A DNA stretch of 64,000 nt from an uncultured bacterium (GTDB taxonomy: Bacteria > Acidobacteriota > Aminicenantia > Aminicenantales > Aminicenantaceae). Positions 25,625 through 34,390 of this stretch are shown here, piece by piece. The notes beneath the pieces were generated by a model. That model was not told the DNA's origin. It saw only the letters and a list, made by a program, of their open reading frames with translations, and did no database searches. The stretch's first letter is position 1. Each line of letters begins with the position of its first letter. The stretch covers positions 27,440 to 91,439 of the forward strand of contig CBESWG010000007.1 in assembly GCA_965533275.1 (NCBI GenBank), in the 5' to 3' direction. The translations under genes were made by a program, and so were the position numbers.

Positions 25625-28073
25625 ATAGCTGGAACAGGGGCTCCGCGATGCCGTCCTGGCTCACGCGCCAGGGGGTCCAGACCAGGGCCAGCCCTCCCAC
25701 CATGATGTCGGTCTTACGGGGCCGGATCAGGATCTCCCGCAGCACGATATCCTCGGGCTCGAAATCTCCCTGTATCTTTGTCGCCTCGGCCTGGAACTGC
25801 TGCTCCAGCTCTGCCAGGCGTTCCTGAAGCACCTGGGCTTCCTGCAGTGCCCGACTAATGTCTTCCTTCTCTCTGGCGGCCCTGCCGATTCCCCGCATTG
25901 AGGTCGTGGCCCGGCCAACGGTCCCCGTGCTCAAGGTCTTGCGGCCGAACAGGGCCCCCAGCACCGTAGCCCCCACGGAGATTACGGTCTGCATCTTCTG
26001 CTGCCCGTACTGGGATTTTTCCTTTTCCACCCGCACCTGAGCCTTGCGCAGACGCTCCTGCAGGCTCGCCAGCTTGGGAGTAAATTTCGTCCTGAGTTTT
26101 TCAATGGCCAGGTCGCGTTTCTCATGCTGCAGGTGCGCCAGACGGCCCCGGAAATCCCCCTCCTTCTCATCCACCGACGAAAACTGTTTGAACTCCGCGC
26201 ATTCCCATACGCGGAGCGTATTTGCCTGATACAGGGAATTCGCCAGGCTCTTCCCCCAACGGCTGTAGCTGGCGGCCTTGGTGGCGCTCGCCGGGAGTGT
26301 GGCAAACTTGGAATCGGCAGGGGCCACGCGGTCCAGGGTTTTGCGGTCCAGGGAAACGACATCGGCCTCCTCCCACGGAACTGTCTGATCCACGCCGGAA
26401 AGAGAGGACAGGATATCCAGGGAAATCCACTGGTCGATTGCGGCCCGGGTGTTCACAAAGTGCAGGCGGCCGGTCCCAAGGAGAGCAGGCCGGTAGACCA
26501 GGGAATCGTTGCCGGACAGCGCACCCTGTCGGGGGAGATAGAACTGCGCCACCTGGGAAGGGATCGTGGGCTGCGGCTCCAGCTTCTTGCGCAGTTTCTT
26601 GCTGACCGTTTTGGTGGGGGGCTTGGTCAAGGCCGTCTGAGGAGTGGGCTCCTCTACGAACTTCTGATCCTTCATCAGAGTTTTGATCTGTGTGCGTGTC
26701 AGAGGGCCCCGCAGGTAGGATAGGACCCAGCGGGTCTGGAAAAGCTCGGGCCGGTCATCGTGGACGTTGTGCATAAGAAAGACCCGCTTGCCCAGCCCGG
26801 ACAGCGTCTTGTCGATCTCCCGGCGGTCGAAGACTGTGCCGGTCGATTGAGAGGCCCCTTCCAGCCCATCCAGGACCCTCTGCTTGTCCCTATCGGTCTG
26901 CAAACGGCCGATGAACCAGGTGCCGGCATTGGCCAGCCCCTTGTAGTCCAGGTCCACCGGGTTCTGTGTGGCCAGTACCACACCGAGGCCGTAGGCCCGG
27001 GCCTGCTTGAGGAGGGTCAGCATGGGTTTTTTAGATGGAGGCGTGGCGGTGGGCGGGAAATACCCGAAGATCTCATCCATGTAAAGCAGGGCCCGCAGCG
27101 ATGTGGTCCCCGGCTGGGTCCGCATCCAGGCGACCAGCTCGTTGAGGAGCAGGGTCACGAAGAACATGCGCTCCGAGTCGGATAGGTGGGCGATGGACAG
27201 GATGGCGACCCGGGGCTTGCCCTGGGGCGTGTAGAGGAGGCTCCCGATATCCAGCGGCTCTCCCTCCATCCAGGTCGAAAAGCCGGGTGAAGCCAGGAGG
27301 TTGTTAAGGCTTATGGCCAGCTCGAAACGCTCTTTCGAGGGATAGAACGATTCCAGATCAAAGACCCCAACCTGAGCGAAGGGGGGCGTCTGTATCTCAG
27401 CGATCAGCGCGGCGATGTCCAGGCTGCGTCCCTCTTCCCAGGCTGTGTTCAGGATGTTTGCCAGGAGGATGTGCTCACGGCTGCGGATGGGATCGGCGTC
27501 GATCCCGAGTAAGGCCAGCAAACCCGAGACCGTGGACTGCACCCGATCGCGCAGGCCGTCCGGATCATCCGCCAGCTGGGCCGATGGTGCGGCAAAAGAG
27601 CGCAGGATCCGGAGCTGCCTGCCTGCCGTTCCCCCGGGCGTGTAGATGCTCACGTCTGCGGTTTGTTTGAAACGGGCGATCCTGGCCGGATCCTGGTCCC
27701 AGTCGGCCAATCCCTTGCGCCAAGTGTCCGCGGTCTTGCGGGCCAGTTCCGCCGCCGTCAAACCCTTACGTACGGCCGCGTCCGGATCGATCCAGGGCTG
27801 AAAATCTCCCGGCTTGAGCTCGGGGAAGGTCAGCATGAGGTTGCCCATGTCCCCCTTGGGATCGATGACCAGGGATGGAATGCCGTCGATCGCGGCCTCC
27901 TCGAGCAGCCCGATGCCCAGCCCTGTCTTGCCGCTCCCGGTCATGCCCACGCAGACCGCGTGTGTTGTCAGGTCTTTTGAGTCATACAGGAGCCACTCGT
28001 TCAGTGTGTGTCCCTGCTCCCTGTCGAATACCTTGCCCAGATAGAAAGCCCCAAGCTTTTCATAGTCCGCCAT
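25623..28073 (-). CDS. HerA/FtsK-superfamily (DUF87-like) P-loop ATPase with long coiled-coil C-terminal half
   Basis: Start moved to ATG 28073 (AAGGAG 6 nt upstream). Walker A VGMTGSGKTGLG followed by SLVIDPKGD. Walker B-like LLYMDEIFGYFP. Arginine-finger-type region VVLATQNPVDLDYK. The C-terminal ~330 aa has heptad-like K/E/Q/L stretches. Confidence 0.85.
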   Translation of the reverse strand: MADYEKLGAFYLGKVFDREQGHTLNEWLLYDSKDLTTHAVCVGMTGSGKTGLGIGLLEEAAIDGIPSLVIDPKGDMGNLMLTFPELKPGDFQPWIDPDAAVRKGLTAAELARKTADTWRKGLADWDQDPARIARFKQTADVSIYTPGGTAGRQLRILRSFAAPSAQLADDPDGLRDRVQSTVSGLLALLGIDADPIRSREHILLANILNTAWEEGRSLDIAALIAEIQTPPFAQVGVFDLESFYPSKERFELAISLNNLLASPGFSTWMEGEPLDIGSLLYTPQGKPRVAILSIAHLSDSERMFFVTLLLNELVAWMRTQPGTTSLRALLYMDEIFGYFPPTATPPSKKPMLTLLKQARAYGLGVVLATQNPVDLDYKGLANAGTWFIGRLQTDRDKQRVLDGLEGASQSTGTVFDRREIDKTLSGLGKRVFLMHNVHDDRPELFQTRWVLSYLRGPLTRTQIKTLMKDQKFVEEPTPQTALTKPPTKTVSKKLRKKLEPQPTIPSQVAQFYLPRQGALSGNDSLVYRPALLGTGRLHFVNTRAAIDQWISLDILSSLSGVDQTVPWEEADVVSLDRKTLDRVAPADSKFATLPASATKAASYSRWGKSLANSLYQANTLRVWECAEFKQFSSVDEKEGDFRGRLAHLQHEKRDLAIEKLRTKFTPKLASLQERLRKAQVRVEKEKSQYGQQKMQTVISVGATVLGALFGRKTLSTGTVGRATTSMRGIGRAAREKEDISRALQEAQVLQERLAELEQQFQAEATKIQGDFEPEDIVLREILIRPRKTDIMVGGLALVWTPWRVSQDGIAEPLFQL

Positions 28074-28117
28074 GTTTTTCTCCTTCCATCCCGATATCGT
28101 TTGTGTGAGTGAGGAAT

Positions 28118-28128
28118 AATATACCACA
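28118..28128 (-). promoter_or_regulatory. extended -10 element upstream of the ATPase gene
   Basis: Minus strand reads TGTGGTATATT (TGn + TATATT), about 45 nt upstream of ATG 28073. No good -35. Confidence 0.3.
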
Positions 28129-28176
28129 TTTTAAGGGAGGGAGCATATATAGAATGGACCGTTTCTAGCTCACGCT

Positions 28177-28206
28177 GAGGCCGGAAAAGACATCCCTCCC
28201 GGCCTC
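28177..28206 (-). terminator. GC-rich hairpin after the EEP gene (non-canonical terminator or RNA-stabilising hairpin)
   Basis: GAGGCCGG (28177-28184) / CCGGCCTC (28199-28206), 8-bp perfect stem, 14-nt loop, 25 nt downstream of the stop at 28232. No U tract. Confidence 0.3.
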
Positions 28207-28231
28207 CATGAATAGATGTGTTTCGGCCGCG

Positions 28232-29374
28232 TCAGTAAATCGGGATCCAGAGATAGGCCACGAGGCCTGCATGGTCTGACGGCCAGAGTCCTGACGGAGT
28301 CCGGTCGGCCAGCTCGTCACCGGTCACGTCCATGACTGTGGTGCCGATGTCCTGTTTCCCGTCGTTGTAGACGTTGCTGCGGACCCAGATGTGATCGATC
28401 CTCTCATACATGTCGACGGTCTCGTTGCGGAGGCTGTAGTTGTGCCCGTAGGTGAAGCCCTTCTTGTTGTGTGTCAGTTCTGCTCGACCCTCAAAGCGGC
28501 GCCATGCATCGACGTATCCGTTGTTCCTTATGAGATTGTACGTCTCGTGGTAGTTGGCCTGCGCATTAAAATCGCCTACCATGATGACCTGATTGCTCTG
28601 CATCGAGAGTATCATCAACAGCTCCATGGCCTGGGCCATCTGGAGCGGCAGCAGTTCCGGGACCGTTACGACCTCCAGGTGTGTGTTGACGAAGTGGAAT
28701 GTCCGGTTGCGGACTTTTGCATCAACAGCAACCCAGCCTCGGGGAACCGTGATCCCGGCACTGGGGACGATCAGCTGAGCCTGGTAGTGGCCATTGTACT
28801 TTGCCAGGACCTCGACATCGTCGCGGACCAGGATCACATCGAAATCGGTGACACGCACATCGCTAAACTGGGAGGCTGCGTTGGGATTGTACATCGGGAC
28901 TTCGAGGTCGATGTTCTTGACCTTGGCCGCCACCTCGTATTCCAGCCCCTCGGCCGCCAATGCGGCCTTGAGGATCTTGAGATAGTTGAATAGAACCTTA
29001 GTGGCAGGATTTGTGCCGCCCACGACCGCATCGCTTTCTTTCTGGAACCGGATCGTGTAGACCTCCTGCAGGCCGATCAGGTGCGGCTTGTGCGCCTTGA
29101 TCTCTTTGGCCAGTGCCAGGGCCCGTTCCGGGAAATTGGTGGACATCATCTGGGCAAAAGCCTGAGCTGCCAGGACAGGCACTTCCGTGGGATCCTGGGC
29201 CCCTAGAATGATATCCACATCCGCCCCGATGTAGATGTTGCGGGTCATGACCTTCACACGCGCTTCCCCCGTTGTCTCCATCATCTGGCCCAGCAGGTCG
29301 CCTTGTAATCCTGTCTCCCAACCACAAAACAGAAACAGAAATGCCAACGCTGGGATGAGTATCCTCTTTTTCAT
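28232..29374 (-). CDS. secreted endonuclease/exonuclease/phosphatase (EEP) family protein
   Basis: Start moved to ATG 29374 (AAGGAG upstream; leader MKKRILIPALAFLFLFCGW). EEP blocks: HLIGLQEV, MVGDFNA, WPSDHAGL. Confidence 0.85.
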   Translation of the reverse strand: MKKRILIPALAFLFLFCGWETGLQGDLLGQMMETTGEARVKVMTRNIYIGADVDIILGAQDPTEVPVLAAQAFAQMMSTNFPERALALAKEIKAHKPHLIGLQEVYTIRFQKESDAVVGGTNPATKVLFNYLKILKAALAAEGLEYEVAAKVKNIDLEVPMYNPNAASQFSDVRVTDFDVILVRDDVEVLAKYNGHYQAQLIVPSAGITVPRGWVAVDAKVRNRTFHFVNTHLEVVTVPELLPLQMAQAMELLMILSMQSNQVIMVGDFNAQANYHETYNLIRNNGYVDAWRRFEGRAELTHNKKGFTYGHNYSLRNETVDMYERIDHIWVRSNVYNDGKQDIGTTVMDVTGDELADRTPSGLWPSDHAGLVAYLWIPIY

Positions 29375-29552
29375 TCTCGACTCCTTCTGACTTGTCGCCA
29401 TTGGGTGGATCTTGCGGCACAGATCGAAAAATAGAAAACCGGGAGAAAAACTTGTTTGACCGGTGTCCCGTGCCCCCTCATGGTGACTTCGCTGATATAG
29501 TCAATCTAATACTGCACTTCCACAAAATCAAGCTTGTTTCGGGATTATTCAT

Positions 29553-29608
29553 AAAGAATTTCGATACCTGGAGTGCGGAAGCCCGAACACTATTTATCGA
29601 AATTCTTT
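29553..29608. repeat. 14-bp perfect inverted repeat with 28-nt spacer in a divergent intergenic region
   Basis: AAAGAATTTCGATA (29553-29566) and TATCGAAATTCTTT (29595-29608) are exact reverse complements. Confidence 0.85.
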
Positions 29609-29748
29609 CCCCTTCGGGCGAGCGGGGGTAGGTTGGGTCGGGCGCACCACATCGACTTCATCGCGGCCCAATCGACGTAGATCGGGTCATGCGTTTTGAC
29701 ACATCCTTCCGCCTGTGAAAAAATATCCTTCGGGAAGAGGATGGAAGA

Positions 29749-31212
29749 ATGAAGAGACGGACATTCCTTCGCGCTCTGGGACATACCGGAGCTGCTGCGC
29801 TGGCCGGGGGCGGCTTAAGCTGCGCATCGGCAGAAAAATCCCCGAACATCATCTACATCCTGGCCGATGACCTGGGCTATGGCGAGCTGGGCTGCTACGG
29901 CCAGCGGATCATCCGCACACCGCACCTCGACCGCATGGCCGCGGAGGGGATGCGCTTCACTCAGCACTACGCGGGGAGCCCCGTGTGCGCACCCTCCCGC
30001 TGTGTCCTGCTCACCGGGAAGCACACAGGTCATGCTTACATCAGAAACAACGGCCGCCCTCAGGGCCGGCCGCACGATCCGGAGTCCGGTGTCTTCGCCG
30101 GACAGAATCCCATCCCGGACTCCGAGGTCACAATCGCCGAGGCCTTGAAGTCCAAAGGCTATTCAACCGCTGCCATCGGTAAGTGGGGCCTTGGATTTCC
30201 GGGCTCCTCGGGCGATCCCAATCAACAGGGCTTCGACCTGTTCTACGGATACAACTGCCAGGTGCATGCGCACGGCCACTATCCGCGTTTCCTCCTGCGC
30301 AACCGCCAGAGGGAAGCGCTCGCAGGAAACGACAGGGTTCTGTCGGGCAGCCAATACTCTCAGGACCTCTTCATCCGGGAGGCCAAGCAGTTCATCCGGC
30401 AGAACCGCAGCCGCAGCTTTTTCCTGTTTCTGCCGTTCACCATTCCGCATCTTTCCATCCAGGTCCCCGAGGAATCACTGAACGAATACCGGGGCAATAT
30501 CCCCGAAGAGCCGTACAATCACCGCAGCTACCTGGAACATCCCTTTCCCCGCGCCGCGTACGCTGCCATGATCTCCCACATGGACCGGGGGATCGGTGAG
30601 ATCCTGTCCCTGCTCTCCGAGCTGGGCCTGGAAAAGGACACTCTCGTTCTGTTTTCCAGCGACAACGGGCCTGCCTATGATCGGCTGGGAGGCACGGATT
30701 CTGACTTCTTCCAGAGCGCCGGGCCGTTCCGGGGTCTCAAGGGAAGTGTTTACGAAGGGGGGATCCGGGTCCCGCTCATCGCCCGCTGGCCCGGCCATGT
30801 CACCCGGGGTACAATATCGGAACAAGCATGCGCCTTCTGGGATGTGTTCCCCACTTTGTGTGACGTCACCGGGGCTTCGGCGCCTGAAGGGCTCGACGGC
30901 CTCAGCCTCGCCCCCACGCTCCTGGGGAAGGGCCGGCAGGAGCCACACGAATACCTCTACTGGGAGTTCCCATCCTACGGGGGGCAGCAGGCCGCGAAGT
31001 GGGGGGACTGGAAGGCGGTCCGCACAGGGCTCAAGCAGGACGACGCCGACCACAGCCTACAGCTCTACAACCTGCGGGAGGACGGGTCCGAGAGCCTGAA
31101 CGTGGCCGCGGATTTTCCTCAGGAAGCGGGCAGGGCCCGCGAGATTCTGGCCTCGGCCCGCGCCGAATCCAAACTTTTCCCGTTTCCAGAGATCCACACA
31201 CGCCGTTTCTGA
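29749..31212 (+). CDS. Cys-type sulfatase (arylsulfatase family) with twin-arginine-like leader
   Basis: Leader MKRRTFLRALGHTGAAALAGG. FGly motif SPVCAPSRCVLLTGK (C-x-P-x-R). N-terminal metal block ILADDLGYGELG. Confidence 0.9.
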   Translation: MKRRTFLRALGHTGAAALAGGGLSCASAEKSPNIIYILADDLGYGELGCYGQRIIRTPHLDRMAAEGMRFTQHYAGSPVCAPSRCVLLTGKHTGHAYIRNNGRPQGRPHDPESGVFAGQNPIPDSEVTIAEALKSKGYSTAAIGKWGLGFPGSSGDPNQQGFDLFYGYNCQVHAHGHYPRFLLRNRQREALAGNDRVLSGSQYSQDLFIREAKQFIRQNRSRSFFLFLPFTIPHLSIQVPEESLNEYRGNIPEEPYNHRSYLEHPFPRAAYAAMISHMDRGIGEILSLLSELGLEKDTLVLFSSDNGPAYDRLGGTDSDFFQSAGPFRGLKGSVYEGGIRVPLIARWPGHVTRGTISEQACAFWDVFPTLCDVTGASAPEGLDGLSLAPTLLGKGRQEPHEYLYWEFPSYGGQQAAKWGDWKAVRTGLKQDDADHSLQLYNLREDGSESLNVAADFPQEAGRAREILASARAESKLFPFPEIHTRRF

Positions 31213-34164
31213 TCAATCCAGGATAGGATCATTCCTGATCCGGATCTTTCCTACCTCAATGATTGAGCCCACCGTCAGAGTCACACGATAGACACCGGGT
31301 GCCGCATCCCTGTCGGACAGCTCCTGACCGAAGAGGTCACGGCCCTCTGAATACGATGCAAAATTCCGAGTCAGCTGGCGGTGGATGCTGTTCAGGGCAC
31401 GATCTGTCTCAGCCTGCCCCAGCCTACCCCGGAGTCCCTTCACTTCGTCCCGTTCGTCAGGTGCCGACACCAGCGTTTCCAATTCCTTAAGGACAGAAAC
31501 CAGACGGACCTTGAATGCCAGGACCTCGTCTTCTTGAGGCGGAAACCGCAAATCCCAGCGGGCTTGATTTATGCCGGCTTTTCCTCGCACCACAAGCTCG
31601 CGTTTGTATTGACCTGTGATATCCTCGATCTGAATACGGATCGTTTCTTCCGGAACCGATTTCAGGTAGAAATGGATCGCCGCCCCGCGTGGTGGATTTT
31701 CACCCCGAAACTTAAAAAAACTCTGCTGTCTCCCCAGAGAAACATTCTGCCATTTCGTGGCAGTACGGCTCTCAAAGAGATGGACATCCTTGGCCAGGAC
31801 CTCTTGGTTAAGCTGCTGCAGCGGAGTGATGTCATCGGCGATCCATATGCTGCGGCCGTGCGTCCCTGCCACCAGATCATAATCCCTCGAGTGGATGACC
31901 AGATCGTGGAAGGCGACGGTGGGCATGTCGTTCATGAAACGGCTCCAGTTCCTGCCCCCGTTTATGCTCACGAAACAGGCAAACTCTGAGCCCACGAACA
32001 ACAACTCCGGGTTCACCGGATCTTCCCGCACAACATAAAGGCTGTGGCCATCAGGCAGCGGCCCGGAAAGATCCACCCAGGTCCTGCCGAAATCCGTTGT
32101 CTTATATACGTAGGGAGCGAAATTATCGCTGCGATGCCCATCGAAAGTCACATAGGCCGTGCCTGCGGAGTGATGCGATGCATCCACCCGGCTGCACCAT
32201 ATTCTCGAAGGCACATCCGATAGGTTCGGCCGCGTATTTGTCCAAGACGCGCCGGCGTCACGCGTGACCTGGACATTCCCGTCGTCTGTTCCCACCCAGA
32301 GCACGGCCGGATCCAACGGGGATTCCGAAATGGTAATGATGGTGCAGTGGTTTTCCGCCCCGGTCACTTCGTGGGTGAGACCGCCCGAATCGGAGGAGTT
32401 CCGTTTGGCAGGATCGTTGGTGGTGAGGTCGGGACTGATGATCCGCCAGCTGTCACCACGGTCTACCGATCTGAACAGGTGGTTTCCCCCGAAAAAGATG
32501 GTCCGGGGATTGTGCTGAGAGATGATCACCGGGCTGCTCCAGTTGTAGCGGAACTGGGGAGGGAGCAGGCTGGAGTACTGGCTGCGGCTGGGATATCGCC
32601 AAAGCCAATGTTCCCCGGGAAAGATGGAATAGCGGATCGGTGTTTCTGGAAAATCCGGATCGAAATAGTCGGAGAAATTGAGGATACTTTCCGGCCGGGG
32701 AGAGATGAGTTTGAAATCTCGGGTTTCCATGTTGATCCGCCCCAGACCCCCCACATGACACACGGTGTAGACTGTGCGCCAATCCGTGGGATCGACCTGC
32801 ATGTGGAATCCGTCTCCTCCGTTCACCTCGATATTGTGATCGTTGAGGATCCCATTTCGGTCGCGGCTGTTGCTGGGCCCCCCGAACCCCCCGATGTCCT
32901 GCATGCCACCGTAAACCCAGTAGGGATCCCGCATGTCCACCCCGATCGCATAGTACTGGGCGATGGCCATGTTGTTGAACGAGAGGAAGGATTTGCCTCC
33001 ATCGATGGTCAGGTGGGCCCCTTGATCTGATGCTGTATAAAATACGTTTTTGTCCTGGGGCGAGATCCAGAGGTCATGGTCATCTCCCCCGGCTCCGCGC
33101 CAGGGCTTCCCCGAAAATGTCTTTCCTCCATCTTTTGAGAACTGAAAAATACGGGCGATGACATAGATCAGGTCGTCATCCAGAGGATTGATGGCGATAC
33201 GCCCGTGATACATCGGTCGACTGGTGTGCCGGAGCAGATACCTCCAGCTTTCGCCGCCATCATCGGAGCGATACACGCCTGGCCCGGGAACGCTCATGTC
33301 GGCCGGAAGCTTGTCGCTGGCTTCCACGCTGGCAACAACTGTCTGTGGATCGCTGCGGTATATGTCGATCCCGATGCGGCCCAGCTCTCCCTCGGGAAGT
33401 CCTTTGGTGAGCCTCTCCCAACTGTTTCCCCCATCGGTGCTCTTGAAGATGCCGCTGTTGGAACCTCCGCTGGTGAAGGTCCATGGTTTGCGCAGCCGAT
33501 GGTACATAGCAGTATAAAGCACATCCGGATCTGTAGGATGCATCTTGATCTCTGTACAGCCGGTTTTGCCGTCATCCGGAAGGCCGTTCGTCAATTTGAC
33601 CCAGGTTTTTCCGCCGTCCAGAGTTCTGTAAAGGCCGCGTGATCCGGAGTAACCCCACAGGCTCCCGATTGCGGCGACATAGACGATGTCCGGATCGGAA
33701 GGATGGGTGGCGATGCGGGCGATCTGGAAGGTGTCTTCGAGCCCCATGCGGGAGAAAGTTTTACCCCCATCGGTGGATTTGTAGACGCCATCGCCCCATC
33801 CGCTGCTGTTGCGGTTGTTCGCCTCGCCGGTGCCGACCCAGATGATCTGGGGATCTCCCTGATAAAAGGCCACATCCCCGATAGAGCCGGAGCCGTAATC
33901 ATCAAAAATGGGAGTCCAGGTCTGGCCCGCGTTGTGAGATTTGAAAACGCCGCCTGAGGCACTCCCGACCAGCACCACACGCCAATCGGTATCGAGAGCA
34001 TCCAGTGCCGATATGCGGCCCATCATATTGGCTGGCCCGATGTTCCGCCACCGGAAGCTTTGAAACAGCTGGTCTCCGGATGCCTGGGCAAAAAGCGGAC
34101 TGCTCGAAACCAAGCTCAGCGCGCATATCGCCAATATTGCTCCTCTGTGTATCAGCCTTCTCAT
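31213..34164 (-). CDS. secreted BNR/Asp-box repeat protein (sortilin/VPS10-type tandem beta-propellers, GH74-like)
   Basis: Start moved to ATG 34164 (AAGGAG upstream; signal peptide). Eleven Asp-box-like repeats: HNAGQTW, TDGGKTF, LDGGKTW, TDGGNSW, DDGGESW, KDGGKTF, IDGGKSF, VDRGDSW, RDAGASW, TDFGRTW, INGGRNW. Confidence 0.85.
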   Translation of the reverse strand: MRRLIHRGAILAICALSLVSSSPLFAQASGDQLFQSFRWRNIGPANMMGRISALDALDTDWRVVLVGSASGGVFKSHNAGQTWTPIFDDYGSGSIGDVAFYQGDPQIIWVGTGEANNRNSSGWGDGVYKSTDGGKTFSRMGLEDTFQIARIATHPSDPDIVYVAAIGSLWGYSGSRGLYRTLDGGKTWVKLTNGLPDDGKTGCTEIKMHPTDPDVLYTAMYHRLRKPWTFTSGGSNSGIFKSTDGGNSWERLTKGLPEGELGRIGIDIYRSDPQTVVASVEASDKLPADMSVPGPGVYRSDDGGESWRYLLRHTSRPMYHGRIAINPLDDDLIYVIARIFQFSKDGGKTFSGKPWRGAGGDDHDLWISPQDKNVFYTASDQGAHLTIDGGKSFLSFNNMAIAQYYAIGVDMRDPYWVYGGMQDIGGFGGPSNSRDRNGILNDHNIEVNGGDGFHMQVDPTDWRTVYTVCHVGGLGRINMETRDFKLISPRPESILNFSDYFDPDFPETPIRYSIFPGEHWLWRYPSRSQYSSLLPPQFRYNWSSPVIISQHNPRTIFFGGNHLFRSVDRGDSWRIISPDLTTNDPAKRNSSDSGGLTHEVTGAENHCTIITISESPLDPAVLWVGTDDGNVQVTRDAGASWTNTRPNLSDVPSRIWCSRVDASHHSAGTAYVTFDGHRSDNFAPYVYKTTDFGRTWVDLSGPLPDGHSLYVVREDPVNPELLFVGSEFACFVSINGGRNWSRFMNDMPTVAFHDLVIHSRDYDLVAGTHGRSIWIADDITPLQQLNQEVLAKDVHLFESRTATKWQNVSLGRQQSFFKFRGENPPRGAAIHFYLKSVPEETIRIQIEDITGQYKRELVVRGKAGINQARWDLRFPPQEDEVLAFKVRLVSVLKELETLVSAPDERDEVKGLRGRLGQAETDRALNSIHRQLTRNFASYSEGRDLFGQELSDRDAAPGVYRVTLTVGSIIEVGKIRIRNDPILD

Positions 34165-34390
34165 GTTTTCTTCTCCTTTCTGATGCGGCAATATTGTGAA
34201 TATCAAGATCCTTGAAAACGGTGATCCAATCGCGTGTATTGTATCATCAAAGAAATAAACTAAAAATCATCGCCATTTCAAAATGGTTATTTTTACACGG
34301 AATCCGGTGCCCCCGATCTCTTATGTGCAGATATCGTCTCGAAGACCACACGCACCTTCAGGCGCAACCCCTCTGTCGGATTTTGATGCA

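Noticed and set aside
25623-29374. The EEP nuclease-fold gene directly upstream of the HerA-like ATPase, read as a two-gene nuclease + ATPase (defence-like) pair.
   Set aside because: The EEP protein has a clear N-terminal signal peptide, so it is exported, whereas the ATPase is cytoplasmic. The genes are separated by 158 nt containing an 8-bp GC hairpin and an extended -10 element. They are probably separate transcription units.
29392-29784. Short ORFs (79 aa plus strand, 64 aa minus strand) in the EEP/sulfatase intergenic region.
   Set aside because: They have no SD and odd composition, and they span the inverted repeat. The region looks regulatory or non-coding rather than coding.
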